57,061 nucleotides of DNA. Source: Bigelowiella natans CCMP2755. Its lineage: Eukaryota; Protista; Cercozoa. Both the position numbers and the translations under genes were made by a program. The stretch is taken from assembly GCA_000320545.1 (NCBI GenBank), contig ADNK01002694.1:1-57061 (forward strand), written 5' to 3'. The notes below the pieces were generated by a model that saw only the letters and a program-made list of their open reading frames with translations, was not told where the DNA came from and did no database searches. Positions 12,471 through 30,546 of this stretch are shown here, piece after piece (position 1 is the stretch's first letter; each line of letters opens with the position of its first letter).

Positions 12471-12788
12471 AACTTGCGCAGGGGCCATGCTAATCTTCTC
12501 TGCATCAATTGCTCTGCATCGTTCCAATTTTTGCGGATGACCCTCTCCGAGGAGAGGGTCTGTCTCCTGCCGGCAGACTTCTGCCGACCGATTTATTAAA
12601 TTCCGACACTACCGTGAATATCGGCAGAAAAATCGGTCGTTTTCTTGTTACATGTACGAGCCGCTTCGAAGCGACATCGCATATTCCATCAAGAATTTGC
12701 GTTGATAAGCGTGGATTCAGTCCTCCTCCACCCCCTCCTCACCGCATCACTACCACTGCCCCAAAAGCCCACTGCTCCTTTGACCGTG

Positions 12789-13868
12789 ATGGGGGTGTTC
12801 ATTTTCATCGTCTCAATGGCCATGTCAACTCTTGGGACAGCGCCATACCCTCGATGCCCTGATGGGATTACCTGCTCGCCTCTGTCTCCGAGCGATCTCC
12901 CAGGAATGGTCTTTGATTGCGCAAGTGTGAGCAGCACGACCGGATCCGTGCTTGGGAATGTATACTTGATGCACGGGGACGACGGCATGTACGCTAAAGG
13001 GATGTGGGCCGAGACGATGCTGCAGCTCGCATCGAGCGGCTACTCAAGCCTGGCGTGCGACCAGCGAGGGTATTCTCCGAACGCGTCGCCCGACGACTAT
13101 GCAGCGTACAACTACGACGTGCTGGCTTCGGATATTCTGTCCATCACGAATGCTGCAGGATTCAATGCGTCATTTGGAGGCAAGTTTCACATCGTTGCTC
13201 ACGATCAGGGCGCTCGAATCGTCTGGCACGCCATTGCCAAAGGCCCAGGGCGGGACAAGTTCCTCTCGTTCTCGTCGCTTTCGATTCCACACGCTGATGT
13301 GTTCTCTGACAACGTCTATGGAGCTGCGGCTGATGTCGCGGACCAGACGGCGGAGCAGTACTTGCGTCAGCTCACCCTGCCGAACTCCACCACGGTCAAC
13401 CGCAACACCATATTTTCCGCATTCTGCGGAGAATTTGGGTTCACCACCCCAGAGTCGTGCCAAAAGACATTTTGGTGGTACAACGGAGCTGTCGATGCCG
13501 GGGCCATGGCCATGGCACCGTTGATGCCCTTTGGGAGCAGCATTGCATCGAAGGTTAACATTCCATTCGAAATGGTGAAAAACCTGACGCAGTACCCGCT
13601 GGATGGCGTCCCCCAGACCGTCAAGGTTGGAGAGGTGGCCGAGTTCCCCGTTTTTTTCGCGTGCGGTAGCGCGGATACCTGTGACCTCTGCACCAACAAA
13701 GTTGTCCAGCAGACGGCCGCGCTCATAAAGTCCAACTTCACCTCTGCAATCAACTCCTGTGGGCACAAGCTGATCAACCCTTCCAAGTGCCCAGATGCCT
13801 CCGAGCGGTACAAGGTCATCGACGGAATAATTGCAAACATTGTGAGCGGAACTACGTCGAAGGTGTAG
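12789..13868 (+). CDS. Intronless secreted alpha/beta hydrolase of the epoxide hydrolase/dehalogenase-like (Asp nucleophile) class
   Basis: Signal-like MGVFIFIVSMAMSTLG, oxyanion LMHG, DQRGYSP, nucleophile elbow FHIVAHDQGA, LSIPH, C-terminal catalytic His in SCGH. Confidence 0.88.
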   Translation: MGVFIFIVSMAMSTLGTAPYPRCPDGITCSPLSPSDLPGMVFDCASVSSTTGSVLGNVYLMHGDDGMYAKGMWAETMLQLASSGYSSLACDQRGYSPNASPDDYAAYNYDVLASDILSITNAAGFNASFGGKFHIVAHDQGARIVWHAIAKGPGRDKFLSFSSLSIPHADVFSDNVYGAAADVADQTAEQYLRQLTLPNSTTVNRNTIFSAFCGEFGFTTPESCQKTFWWYNGAVDAGAMAMAPLMPFGSSIASKVNIPFEMVKNLTQYPLDGVPQTVKVGEVAEFPVFFACGSADTCDLCTNKVVQQTAALIKSNFTSAINSCGHKLINPSKCPDASERYKVIDGIIANIVSGTTSKV

Positions 13869-13869
13869 G

Positions 13870-15010
13870 TGGTGGAGCAGGAATTTGAGGTAGCACACGA
13901 CACATGATACACTGGACACAGCCCTCATTTGCGGCACTACTAGAGTAGGGCACAGCATGCGATGCCGTGCAGTATTTTCTGTAGCGCGCTCGTATGAATA
14001 AAACATTATGATGAAGTAATGACAAGCTAGCAAGACACATTAGCATGCATCGCGCATGCTGCAGGCATGAAATAGGAAGAAGGAAGTTGTGTACTACATG
14101 TTGCTCAATGCACATACAGCTCTAGTAGCATAGTAGCTAGAGCCAGCAGTACAATTGCTCAATTATCATTGCGTCATTGCAAACGTAACACTTCATTCAT
14201 AATCGTCCAATCAGTGAAAAGGCTGCAACGCAACACCATGACTGTGCAACGTATAGCTAGATAGGGCGAGCACAATGCATTGCTTTGTGCATGTGACATA
14301 GTGACAACCAAATGCGTGTGCATGCGATCATGCGATGTGCTGCGTGCTGCGCATCGGCTCCATCATGTGATTGTCTTGCCTGATCGCCGCTGCTAGCTAG
14401 CTATCTAGCTATGGCGGGCCGGCATTCTATGACTAGATGACTTGGCCGCCATATGTACGATCACATTCCTTCTGATCGGAGAAATGCACACATCGATCAT
14501 GCCGTCTGAATGTCTGCCAGCATTGTAGCAAAAGTCAATCTGTTGTGTGCTCCATGACTACACTGCTAGTACATGCTGTTCGCATTGCATGTAGAGCGAC
14601 AGTGTTTGACGTGCAGCTCACTCGCATCGTCGATACGATCTAGCTTGTCGCGTAGGCTCGCGAACTCTGAACTGTTCTAGTGTTCATCCTCGCTAGCTCG
14701 CATATTGGCGTGTGCTCTCTAACCGTGCACAACAAGCTGTGCTCAAAGTTGGCACGCACTCTCTAGACTCTGCATGCAGCATTCTAGCATGCTAGCATGG
14801 ACCTACTCAGAGACTTTGTTCCATAGTTATTGCAGCTGCAACTTGCACGTCTAGACGCGCTCAAATAGTAAAATTGCTTGCTGCGATGAACTATCCTTCT
14901 CCATGCGCACAATGATCACAACATGAGGCAGCGGGACACTTTGCCTCTACGCTGCATGCCCCTATGCTATACACAACGCACTGATTTCACTGATCTGTTC
15001 TAGTGCTAGC
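13870..15010. other. CTAG-scar-rich convergent intergenic region
   Basis: Seven perfect NNNN-CTAG-NNNN motifs (starting 14023, 14253, 14401, 14429, 14673, 14689, 14788); excess TGCA/CATG. Confidence 0.85.
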
Positions 15011-15069
15011 TAATAGCGGCGAATTGTGCTACATTTGATTTATTACAGGATATCATCATGATTGCTGGT

Positions 15070-20348
<5,279 letters not shown>

Positions 20349-20821
20349 CTTCTCCTTTCTTGTCTGCAGGCCAATGTGCCGATGAGATTTGGGAAAATAG
20401 CATGGTTTACGTAGATGCGACAATTATAGATCCTTGTCGCGAAGTATGTGAACCTGCCCTCAACCGAAACAAAGGCACCAGGGGAGTTTGAAGTGCCGAC
20501 TACATATATGTGCTGTCGTAAGCATAGAAACAAAATGGCTTTGGAGATTATTTGCTTTGTAAAGCCAGTAGACTAAAAAAATACGAGGATACATCTGAGG
20601 GGAAAACTATGAAAGTATGCAAGATCTTGAGATGAGAGTCTCATCAAGCTATAAAATCTGGAACCACCTATTCCTTAATGAAACCAAAGTAATATCTTGA
20701 TGTCGCATCGATATAATGGGGTATAGAAAATTAGAGGATGTTTGAAATAATGTCTAACAAAATCTGAAGATCTCCGTAATAATTCGCCGATCGAACGTGC
20801 TCCCCCCTTTTCACAGAGAAC
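20349..20821. promoter_or_regulatory. Probable bidirectional promoter between the ESD-ADH5 fusion and DCAF13
   Basis: Head-to-head ATGs at 20348 (-) and 20822 (+), about 470 bp apart; AT-rich with normal TA content. Positional inference only. Confidence 0.5.
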
Positions 20822-22382
20822 ATGGTGAAAATCCGCACCATTTCCAGATCTGAAGAGGATTTTACGAGGGCAAGAAAGAGGTGGGATACGTAGAGGATGC
20901 GTTAGTTATCTACCAGTTTCAATGACGATAAACAAACAAGCGTGATTAAAACCTACACGTCCATGAAGGACAATCATTGCCAATCGGAGAAAATCCAGCT
21001 GTTTCTTTTTCTTCCGCCTACCTCCCTGGCAACTTTTCTAAGCTCTTTTCTTTATATGTTTTCCACATTGCCCAGAGATGTAGACAAAGTTTTCCGGAAC
21101 CCTAACCCAGAACTTCATCCCTTCGAGAAGCAGCGAGAGTACAAAAGGGCGCTCAATGCGGTGAGAATAATAAGGATGTGTCAACAAATGGGGAGGGAGA
21201 GATAGTGTGAAACGGGAGTTTGTTCCCTTTTGGCTATGAACCCCTCTCCACCTTTAAGTCACTGACAAGTTTTATCTCCCCGTCGGTGACGACTCGCAGG
21301 TGAAATTAGACAAGGTGTTTGCGAAGCCATTCTTGTTCGCCCTCGACGGTCACATGGACAGCGTCTGGAGCATGGAAACATTGCGCACTAGTCTTCGAAT
21401 GCTCATTTCAGGAGCCTGTGATGGAGAGGTGGGTGATGGCGGGCGGTGTGAAAAGAAGAAGTTGGTTTCCGAAGATGGTGTTGGTACAATCGGTTAGGTT
21501 TTTACTGACTTCCGCCCCTCCCCCAAATTTCATATTTAGCTCCGAGTCTGGAACCTGGCCGAGAGGGAGTGCCTTTGGTCTGCCAAAGCGCACAATGGGT
21601 GAGGAGTAGATGATCGTATTGTTATATCTGTCTGGGATAGTGATGAAAGATGAGCATTCCTCGGGTGCAGAGAGAGCATTGAACTAATTCTCTTCTTGCT
21701 GTTGTTGAAGGTTTGTACGAGGTATAGCAGCTGATGCGAACGGGGAGCGCATGGTGACGTGTGGAGATGACTCCACAGTCAAATTATGGCAGGTAGTGCC
21801 GTGAGCGGATTCGATAGACAACCAAAGATATGTGCTTTAAGCAAGGGCCAAAACCATCATACGTGCTCTTGGCCAAATCCATTTCAGACTTACATAGGAA
21901 GCCTATCATACTAGCACACATACATCATACGTCGCAGCGAATTACTTAAAGTACAACAACGCCACTGCTGCTGCTCCTGCTTGTTCTCCTCGCAACAACA
22001 GATCTCTCCATCCTCGAAGAGGGAAGTTGGAACAAGTCACGTAAAACCATTAGCAACCTTCTTATCGAAGAATGCCTTCGTTGCCGTGTCGCACCACTTC
22101 AAGAGCGTAATATCATAAATTGTAACGCTAATTCTTAGCTCCTCCTTTAAGTTTTGGTGGGGGGCCTTGTGGTCAAGAACGACCTTCGCTGATGATCTGT
22201 TTTGTTGTTTTTTCAACGCGATGGTATTGCTGTTTCTCTCCTCTTGCTTCTTCTTCTTCTTCTTCTTCTTCTTCTGCTCATGTGTTATTCCTCCTCGAAG
22301 ACGATGTTCGCGACAGCGGGGACAAAAGTGGATATATGGGATGAAAAGAGGTGATGAAGATGGGCGAGTCGATCGAGCTTGC

Positions 22383-22459
<77 letters not shown>

Positions 22460-23449
22460 TCTCCAGGTCAGAGCCTCTGCACACATATGACTGGGGAGCG
22501 GACACCATAAACACCGTCAAGTTCAACCCAGTGGAACACGACGTATTAGCAAGTAAGTCAAGTTGCGTTTGACGGCCACAGATAGTGTTACAACGACCGA
22601 ACGAAGGGAGCAGCGCAATTATGCCTTAACGACAATTTCGAGGATTTGTTTCACTCACTCTCTCTCTCTCTATCTATCTATCTATCTCTATCTCTCTCTT
22701 TATTGACGGAGATCATCTTATTTTTGGAGGAGAGGGGTATGAGGATGGATCTGCTTGTCAAATAGGATGCCATCACGTGACTTTTGGGCCCCCCCCCCCC
22801 CCCCCCCCCCCCTTGCAATGGTTGCAATGTGTATGCAAAAAAGGTTCTGCCAACGACAGAAACATAGTTCTGTACGATGTCAGAGCGCGTGCTCCCCTCC
22901 GCAAAGTAATTAGTAGTTGCATTAAACACAGAAATATGTGTATATTAGCGTTGATCGACTCAAGGAAAACGCAGCCTCTCATGGTGTTCCTTCCTTCCCA
23001 TCACGATTGATTGATTGATTGATGGCCTCCTCCTCTAATATAGATGGTGCTGCACATGGCCACGAATGCCATCGCTTGGAATCCGATGGAGGCTTATAAC
23101 TTCACGACCGCAAACGAAGATTCAAATTGCTACACATTCGGTCTTGCTCCCACCCTCCCCCCCTCCCCTGTGCTTTCCCCAATACTAGCCGCAGCTCTAC
23201 GTTCGGATAAAGCAAATGATACTTCGCATTTTCTTCATTCCCGATGTCTCTCCTCCTCCTACTGCTAATGCTGTACTAGTGCCGGAGCTTCTTTCCATAG
23301 ATGTTATAATGCGGTGTATAACTTGCACTTCCTTGATTCTCCCCCCCCCCCCCCCCCCCCCCTCCCTATTCCTACTCCATGCAGAATTGAGGAAATTAAA
23401 CCGGGCCTTGAACATACACAAGGATTATGTAAAGGTGATGGCCAGGGAG

Positions 23450-23489
<40 letters not shown>

Positions 23490-23642
23490 GGGGGGGGGGG
23501 GGGGGGGGGAAGAAATCTTCATGCCTTGTATCGTGTGGTAGATGTTGAAGTGAAATATGCAAATCCATGTTTCTTTCCTTCTTTGCTTGCTTAGGCTGTA
23601 ATGGCGTTAGATTATGCGCCCACCGGCAAAGAATTCGTCACT

Positions 23643-23683
<41 letters not shown>

Positions 23684-23827
23684 GCTATTGATGATGAAGA
23701 ATATAATGGCTGCTTGTTGTGATCCTCCTCCTGCTGCTGCTGCTGCTGATGTCTTTTTTTAAGATTACGCAATTAGCAATTAAACGAAGAGAGGGAGGAC
23801 AATTTCTAATTTAGCATACATTATATG

Positions 23828-23861
<34 letters not shown>

Positions 23862-24187
23862 GTGTGCGTAACCAGATCCTACGACAAAACAATCCGGATA
23901 TTTCCAAGAAGCACTGGCCATAGTCGCGAGGTAGAGCAGCACATCATAATTCGTGATACAGCGGGGAAGGGGAGGGGGCGGGGGGGGGGGGATGTTAAAA
24001 ATTCGGATTGTGATAGTATATCTCCAAAATGTGCTCGGAAGATGACTGGAAACAACCTGTCGTGTCATGTCGCGTACCAATCCACGGAACAGTAGCGAAT
24101 TAGAAGTCAAATAATCATCTTCATCATCATCATCATCATCACCTCCAACAATAATGGGGGGCTGTTACGCACGAGGGGATATAATAT

Positions 24188-24250
<63 letters not shown>

Positions 24251-24941
24251 ATTTAAATATTTTTTATTTGTTTATTCTCGCTGCAAACCGATGGCAACGA
24301 CGGCTGAGTGTGCTGTCTTTCAATGGTGCCATGGCCAACAAATAGGTGTACCACACGAAACGCATGCAACGGATATTCAGCGTAAAGTTCAGTGCTGACA
24401 ACAAATACGTCCTCTCTGGGAGTGACGACACGGTATTCCTGTGTATTTCCCCGCTGTGTATTATTACTATCATTATTACTATCATTATTGTCCTCAGCAT
24501 TATTATTGTTCTCATCATTTATTTCTCCAGAATATTCGTTTGTGGAAGGCGAGAGCCTCCGAGCAGCTGAAAGTCATGCTTCCTCAGGTTAGTTGCTGCG
24601 CACAGAAAGCAGCAGGGATATACCTATATTCCAACAATTCAAGAAAATCCCTCCATTATTCCGTCATCTTCTTCTTCTTCTTCTTCTTCTTCTTCTTCTC
24701 TGGTTCTCCTCCCCCTCCTCCTCCTCCTCCTCCTCTTGACGCTGCCTCTCTTCCAACTTTTTCTATTCACAGGAGCGTCAAAAGCTTCAGTACCTCAACA
24801 GCTTGAAGAAGAGGTAGTAGGAGAAATAGCAGTCCAAATTAAAACGACGTGTGAGTGAGTGAGTGAGTGAGCTCGGTCTGAAATCCTCACCGCAGCTGCT
24901 CAAGAAGCGATACCATTGCTATCCCCCACCATATACATATA

Positions 24942-24992
<51 letters not shown>

Positions 24993-25444
24993 AAAACACA
25001 CATGCGACATCTCCCTTACCTTCTTTCCTCCCCCCCCCACTTAGGTATCAACATCAGCCAGAGGTGCGGAGGATACAGAGGCATCGACACGTTCCAAAGC
25101 AGATTCTCAAGGCACGCCAGTTGAAGCACACCATCCAAAAGGTACTACGCGGTGTGATACTCGACTGTAGATGTGAAGTGAATTCAAAATGTACCAAATT
25201 TTGGCTTTGAGAGTTGCGTGAGTGTGCGTGTGCGTGTGCGTAACGGAGAATGATATCACAAAGCAAAAACCATCCCCCTCCCTCGCCATCATAGCATTGC
25301 AATAGTCTTATGGCATTATTCGTACAGTCGCGAACGAGGAAGGAGCTGAATAGAATAAAGCACTCGAAGCCAGGATCAATAAAGAAAAAGTCCGCGAGGG
25401 AGGCAAGAGTAGTTACAAAAGGCCACTCTCGTACAAACTATTAG
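20822..25444 (+). CDS. DCAF13: DCAF13/Sof1 WD40 U3 snoRNP/SSU processome protein, multi-exon
   Basis: MVKIRTISRSEEDFTR, RNPNPELHPFEKQREYKRALNA-VKLDKVFAKPFL, WGADTINTVKFNPVE, NAIAWNPMEAYNFTTANED, DYAPTGKEFVTG-SYDKTIRIF, YHTKRMQRIF, LSGSDDTNIRLWKARASE, Sof1 tail RRIQRHRHVPK...HSKPG. Stop TAG at 25442-25444. Confidence 0.96.
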
Positions 25445-26138
25445 ATTCATGTCGCATGCAGCCGTATGGCCAGCTACAGCTGCCAGCACACGTGTTGTTA
25501 CGCTGCTACAGCAGTTGACGAAAGCTACTACTGTTAATTTGTCATCATTGGACTGTCATCATGCATGCAAGCCAACCATATGGCTATTGCTGGCAACGAA
25601 TAATGAACAATGGGCCTCGTATGCACATGGAACTGGCCAAGTGCAAGCAATTGTGCGTGGGGTGTAGCAGCATGCGCACGTGTATGGCGCCGGCACCACG
25701 TCCAGACGTGCAGCTTTCGACCTGTATACCTGTGCGCGAGCTTCGTGTTTTCACAAACAATCACACTGATCGGCAGTCTATGGCGATCAGCGATGTACGA
25801 AAGATCAATGCGGACCCACCGACCCATTAATTCACATTAGCAATTTTAAAGCTAGAAAGTAATCGTTGTGTGCATCATGCGCTGCTAGGTTGCCTGCAGC
25901 AGTAGTCTGCTGGTAGCATCGCAATGATGGCAAGACCGTACCACTACTGTGCCTGCACACACCGGCATGCTAGCACGCGCTCTAGCGCGTGTCTGCTAGG
26001 CATTCAAGGGCTAGACGCATGATCCGTGTATTCTGATCGTTGTCATCACTTTCTGTGTCATCACAACGTAGTTACACTACAATAACACAGTGTTGCAGTC
26101 CATGCTACACGTAACATATATTTTCAGATTTTCAGCTG

Positions 26139-27836
26139 CTATTTCGTCACTTTGATTTCTTTCAATTCCACAGAACCTTTTTCCTCTCCCAAAGAGTTGC
26201 TGCTTTGAGCTGCCTGCTGTGCAGCTAGACCTTTTTGAAGACCTTTTTGCAGATCATGGAACTGGGTTGTTGCCTTCTTTACAAACGAACCTGCAAGACC
26301 ACTTAGCCTCTCTTCTGTCTTGAGTGCATTTTTGTATTCCTTTTCAGTCCTTAATTCATTATCCAAAGCTTCGAGCTCTTGTATTAATTGGTTGCGCTTG
26401 TCCAACTTCTTTCGGAGTTCTTTCTTCCTTGCTGCCTTTTCCCTCTTTTCTTTATTATTCTCCTCCTCTTTCCCAAGATACGCCTTGCGGAAGAGAATGC
26501 TGTCCAGGAAAAACTCGGCCACTTTCACACCTGACTTCGAATCAAATTCCTTTGCCTTTGAATAGATGTATGTCCTGATGCAGCACGAGTCAATTGCAAG
26601 CATGAATGATGAGTACAGCGCTAAGAGCAGACGTGGGATGAAGAGCGTGAAATAAATTGGAATGAGAGCCAGCGTAAGTTGGAAAAGCTTGTTCCCCGAG
26701 CAAGGATCTGCATTCTTCTTGACGAAGCTGAAAGCTTGGAACGTGAGACTAAAGTCAATAATGTTTGAAACAATAAGAAAGACACTCCTCGTGTTCTTGA
26801 TCGGACAGACCCCGTATTTATCGTAATCTTGAAGCATCTCCATCAGAACTGCCCCTCTTTCTTGCAGCTTTGAAAGGCCTCCGATTCCACTGGCGCTATT
26901 ATCGGGCTGGAGTGATTTCTTTTCATCTTCATTTTCCTCATCGTCTTCGGGTTCTTTTTTTTGTAGGAAAACAATGCGGCCAAAGTTATGCAGTGTCATG
27001 AGAAGGGTAACACCATCAACGCTCATCTTCACATAGTAAAGGTGATTGATATTGCTGAGACCACCCGAAGTTTCAATGTTGCAATCTCCCGTGTCGTACG
27101 CCGCCATGACTATAGCGTAGGCAAGGAAAATGGGCAAATAGAGAAACAGGACGAAACAATCATAGGCTTTGATGAAAGCTAGATTGATCGGCACAAGAAG
27201 CGCAGGAATGAGTTCCTCTTTCTTGAATTGCTCCTCCTGGCCCTGCAAGCTAAGGTTGTAGATCTCGCCTATGCCAGTTTCAACCTCAGACACCAAAGCA
27301 TTTTGGATTCTTTTCTTCAGCATGCCTGTGCGTTCTTGCACAATTTGACGGAAAGCCTGCAACTGGACATATCTGTGCGACGCCTTATTTAGTAGGTTGA
27401 GCCCTCTATCTGCTATCGCTGCAGCGCCGTTATCAGATGCTTTCCCGATAAAGTTTTTTGCATCGCCCAGGAAATGTTTCGCTCGGTCCGTGTTTTTTTG
27501 TACAACGGCTTTAATGCGATCAGTAATCTCTTTTGCCTCTGGGCTGTTTAGTTTCTCGGCAACGATATTTTTGGCATGCTGCGCTTGTTGCTTCACTTTT
27601 TCGAAGGCAGCAGTTGCTCTCGGATCGTCGACTAGCTCCCCTGCATGCGCCCAGGCTTCTTTCGCTGTCTGGATAGCCTTTTTTGTATTTGAGTTTTTGG
27701 CAAGCGCTGACATCCCTTCTTGAGCAGCCTGGACTACTTGTTGTGTGTTCGGATTTTTGGCCAGGGCAGCCACCCCTTCTTGAGCAACCTGCCCCACCTT
27801 TTTGAAAACTTTTGACTCTCCGCCTTGCGCACTCAT
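26139..27836 (-). CDS. Intronless 565-aa protein: Ala/Lys/Gln-rich helical N-terminus, ~4 TM segments, C-terminal coiled coil
   Basis: Long clean ORF; N-terminal 20-aa duplication (QVAQEGVAALAKNPNT / QAAQEGMSALAKNSNT); central hydrophobic segments. Family not recognised. Confidence 0.85.
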   Translation of the reverse strand: MSAQGGESKVFKKVGQVAQEGVAALAKNPNTQQVVQAAQEGMSALAKNSNTKKAIQTAKEAWAHAGELVDDPRATAAFEKVKQQAQHAKNIVAEKLNSPEAKEITDRIKAVVQKNTDRAKHFLGDAKNFIGKASDNGAAAIADRGLNLLNKASHRYVQLQAFRQIVQERTGMLKKRIQNALVSEVETGIGEIYNLSLQGQEEQFKKEELIPALLVPINLAFIKAYDCFVLFLYLPIFLAYAIVMAAYDTGDCNIETSGGLSNINHLYYVKMSVDGVTLLMTLHNFGRIVFLQKKEPEDDEENEDEKKSLQPDNSASGIGGLSKLQERGAVLMEMLQDYDKYGVCPIKNTRSVFLIVSNIIDFSLTFQAFSFVKKNADPCSGNKLFQLTLALIPIYFTLFIPRLLLALYSSFMLAIDSCCIRTYIYSKAKEFDSKSGVKVAEFFLDSILFRKAYLGKEEENNKEKREKAARKKELRKKLDKRNQLIQELEALDNELRTEKEYKNALKTEERLSGLAGSFVKKATTQFHDLQKGLQKGLAAQQAAQSSNSLGEEKGSVELKEIKVTK

Positions 27837-29099
27837 TGTTCAAAATTCCTATGCGCTGCGATGATGCCAACGGCTGGTTCGTGTTCTCAGGAACTAGCGA
27901 AGGGGATGAGGGGAATGATTCGTGCAGGCTGAATAAATGAATTTGGCTTTGGCTCGCAGTCAGCTCCATTTTCAGTTGGAACTGGGAATTCTGTTGTCGT
28001 AGCCTTCAAATCCCCATAGTTTTTGGGTTCGGAATCAAAATTTGGCCCAAAGTGCCATCCCTCCTCGCCTTCTACTTGCCGAACACCAGGTTTCCTACGT
28101 TACAATGCTGTTATTAGGGCGATGGATTGCTCCCAGAACTGCTGTTTGGGTTCGAAAATGTGTGTGCGACAAGCAAAAGAAGCCATATTCATGATGAAAA
28201 CGACATGCTTTTCCACCCTACTTTTTCTGTGCTTGAATTGGCGACCTAGTTGAGTGGGGAGGACACGAATGGACAGTTAGCACGTTCCATGATCCTCTTA
28301 ACCGCTCCAATGGAAGCAGTCCTTTCTTTCTTTCTTTTTCTTTTTTCTCTTGATGATGCGGAACTTTCGTTCCACCCCCCATTCTAGCATTTGAGCACTT
28401 CTGAGTAGCTAGTTGGATCCCCTCAACTGCATCACAAGCACCACATTGGGCGAAACACTACTTCGGACTTGTCTTCATTCATTGATGATGCAAGTTTCCT
28501 TCCGCGTCAGTCGCACAGTTCTTCTTGTTCTTGTTCTTCTTCTTCTTTTCATCAAAATTGCTTCTTCTTGCTGAGGCTGGCGGCGAAGCACACGCTTCGT
28601 CGTCGTTGCCGTCGTCTCATCATTGCTTTCATCTGCTTCATCGCCATCTTTTGCGATGCCGCTATGCTGCTCAAATTGTTGACTTGCAGTCGCACGTGTG
28701 CATCAGTTGTGTCACACACTAGCCAAATATTATAAATGACAATGACAAGCTAGCAAGCAGCATCGCATGGCATGCACATCACTGCAGTATGTGCATGCAC
28801 ACACATGGCTACCGCATTCACACTGTCGTCATGCAGCATGGATGGTCTGCCTCGACGGCTGTTGATGCATCAACACTCGTCGCGTCGCACACGAACAAAA
28901 GTGATCATGGCTAGGGTCGGCCAGTGCTGTTGGTGTGTTCCTACTGTGGCAGTACACATGCAAATCATCGTCGCATGCACGTCGTAACTACATCTAGCAC
29001 GGGCAAACTGGCACATGAGAACACATGATGTGAGACGTCTCACATGCGACTAAAGCTGATGTACATTCGAACAAACATTATCCCTTAATGATATCTCAC

Positions 29100-29825
29100 A
29101 TTGGAATCACTCGGCAATGGTTATAAACGTAACGGCATTTGAACAAGATTGGAGGTCGTGCGACGACGAGTAGGGCGGAATAGAGATGGCAAAACAATAT
29201 CCACTGCAACACGTTCGCAAACATGTGCCAAAAAAAACGAAACAGCGAAACATAGACACTCGCACTTTGCACATTGACACTCTATACACATCCACTCAAG
29301 ACTGAGTGAAGAAGATGGTGACAGTCGTTGCTAGGTTGCCATGACAAAAATGATTCCTGCTTCTCTAAGAGAGCTTCGCTCTTGCGTTGAACACCATCGC
29401 CCGGGCCTCTTCTAAAGTCGCTGAGCGCATACCAGCCTTCTCCGCTTCTTTGATTCTTCTGTGTAGTGCATCGATTTTCTAATCTGAACACGGCTTTTTT
29501 GGGGAAAGAAAGAACGTTGGGGCATGGGAGATTCTTACTTGCCAAGGAGATCGTAATCCTTGAGATCCATGGCGTCCCGCAGGGCTGTTTCAACTTCCTT
29601 CTGGCTCTCAGCCGCCCTGTGACCGTGCACGAGAGCGTTAATGATTGTATAAGGGTGAATATGTGTATGTGTATGTACGCATACACATATTTGTGTGTTT
29701 GTGTATTTAATCTCTTTTAGCTATTGTGTTTAGAGTCTCGTCGGCATACCGGTGTTCCTCCTTTGGCAACACGATCAGATTCTCGAAGAAACCTAGGGTT
29801 CCAACACAAATACAAACACAAACAC

Positions 29826-29861
<36 letters not shown>

Positions 29862-29957
29862 GAAGCAATCATTAACGAAGAATATAGTTTCGGCCGAGCA
29901 GAAACGCTACATATAGTAACTTGTCAAGAAGAAAATGGTATGCACGGGAAGAGTGCA

Positions 29958-29999
<42 letters not shown>

Positions 30000-30492
30000 T
30001 TGTGTGTGAATATATACATCAGATGGTGCTCGTACCCATATGAATTGTTGCCCAAAACAATGTGGCAACTAGAGCTGTAACTAGGCAAATGCTCCCCAAG
30101 TCTCGGAGAACGTAGAGAAGGTCCCAGACGTAATATTTGCGGTCGCAAAGATTCTGCTCAGCACAATCCACTTGCCTGTTTCATTTTCAGCACAAAATTT
30201 ACATACGAAAGAAGTGCTGTCTTCCCGCCCCACACCCGTTACTACGCAAATTGGATATGATTATGGAGAAGAGGAAACTCACGTATTTTCGCACTCATTA
30301 GAATTACAATACGATGGAGAAAACGATATCTAACTGTTCCGCATTAGTGAAAATGATTAGTGTTTTCGTCGCCATTCTAAAATTCTATTGCGACGATGTA
30401 TCTCCTCTCCCACCGACCCTGCAAAGTAGACTTCGGAAGCAGAATCTATCGTCACCAAGACGGTCAGCATGAATATCTCCTATGATTTGGTT

Positions 30493-30546
<54 letters not shown>

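Noticed and set aside
11423-12599. Many overlapping Cys/His/Met-rich ORFs (also 1328-1806, 25449-25840, 36427-37670, 44892-45815, 53866-54173)
   Set aside because: Artefact of TpA depletion removing TAA/TAG and Tyr codons; no domains or splice structure.
22037-24398. ORFs with YIYIYI, CVCVCV, HTHTHT, ERERER runs
   Set aside because: Translations of intronic microsatellites.
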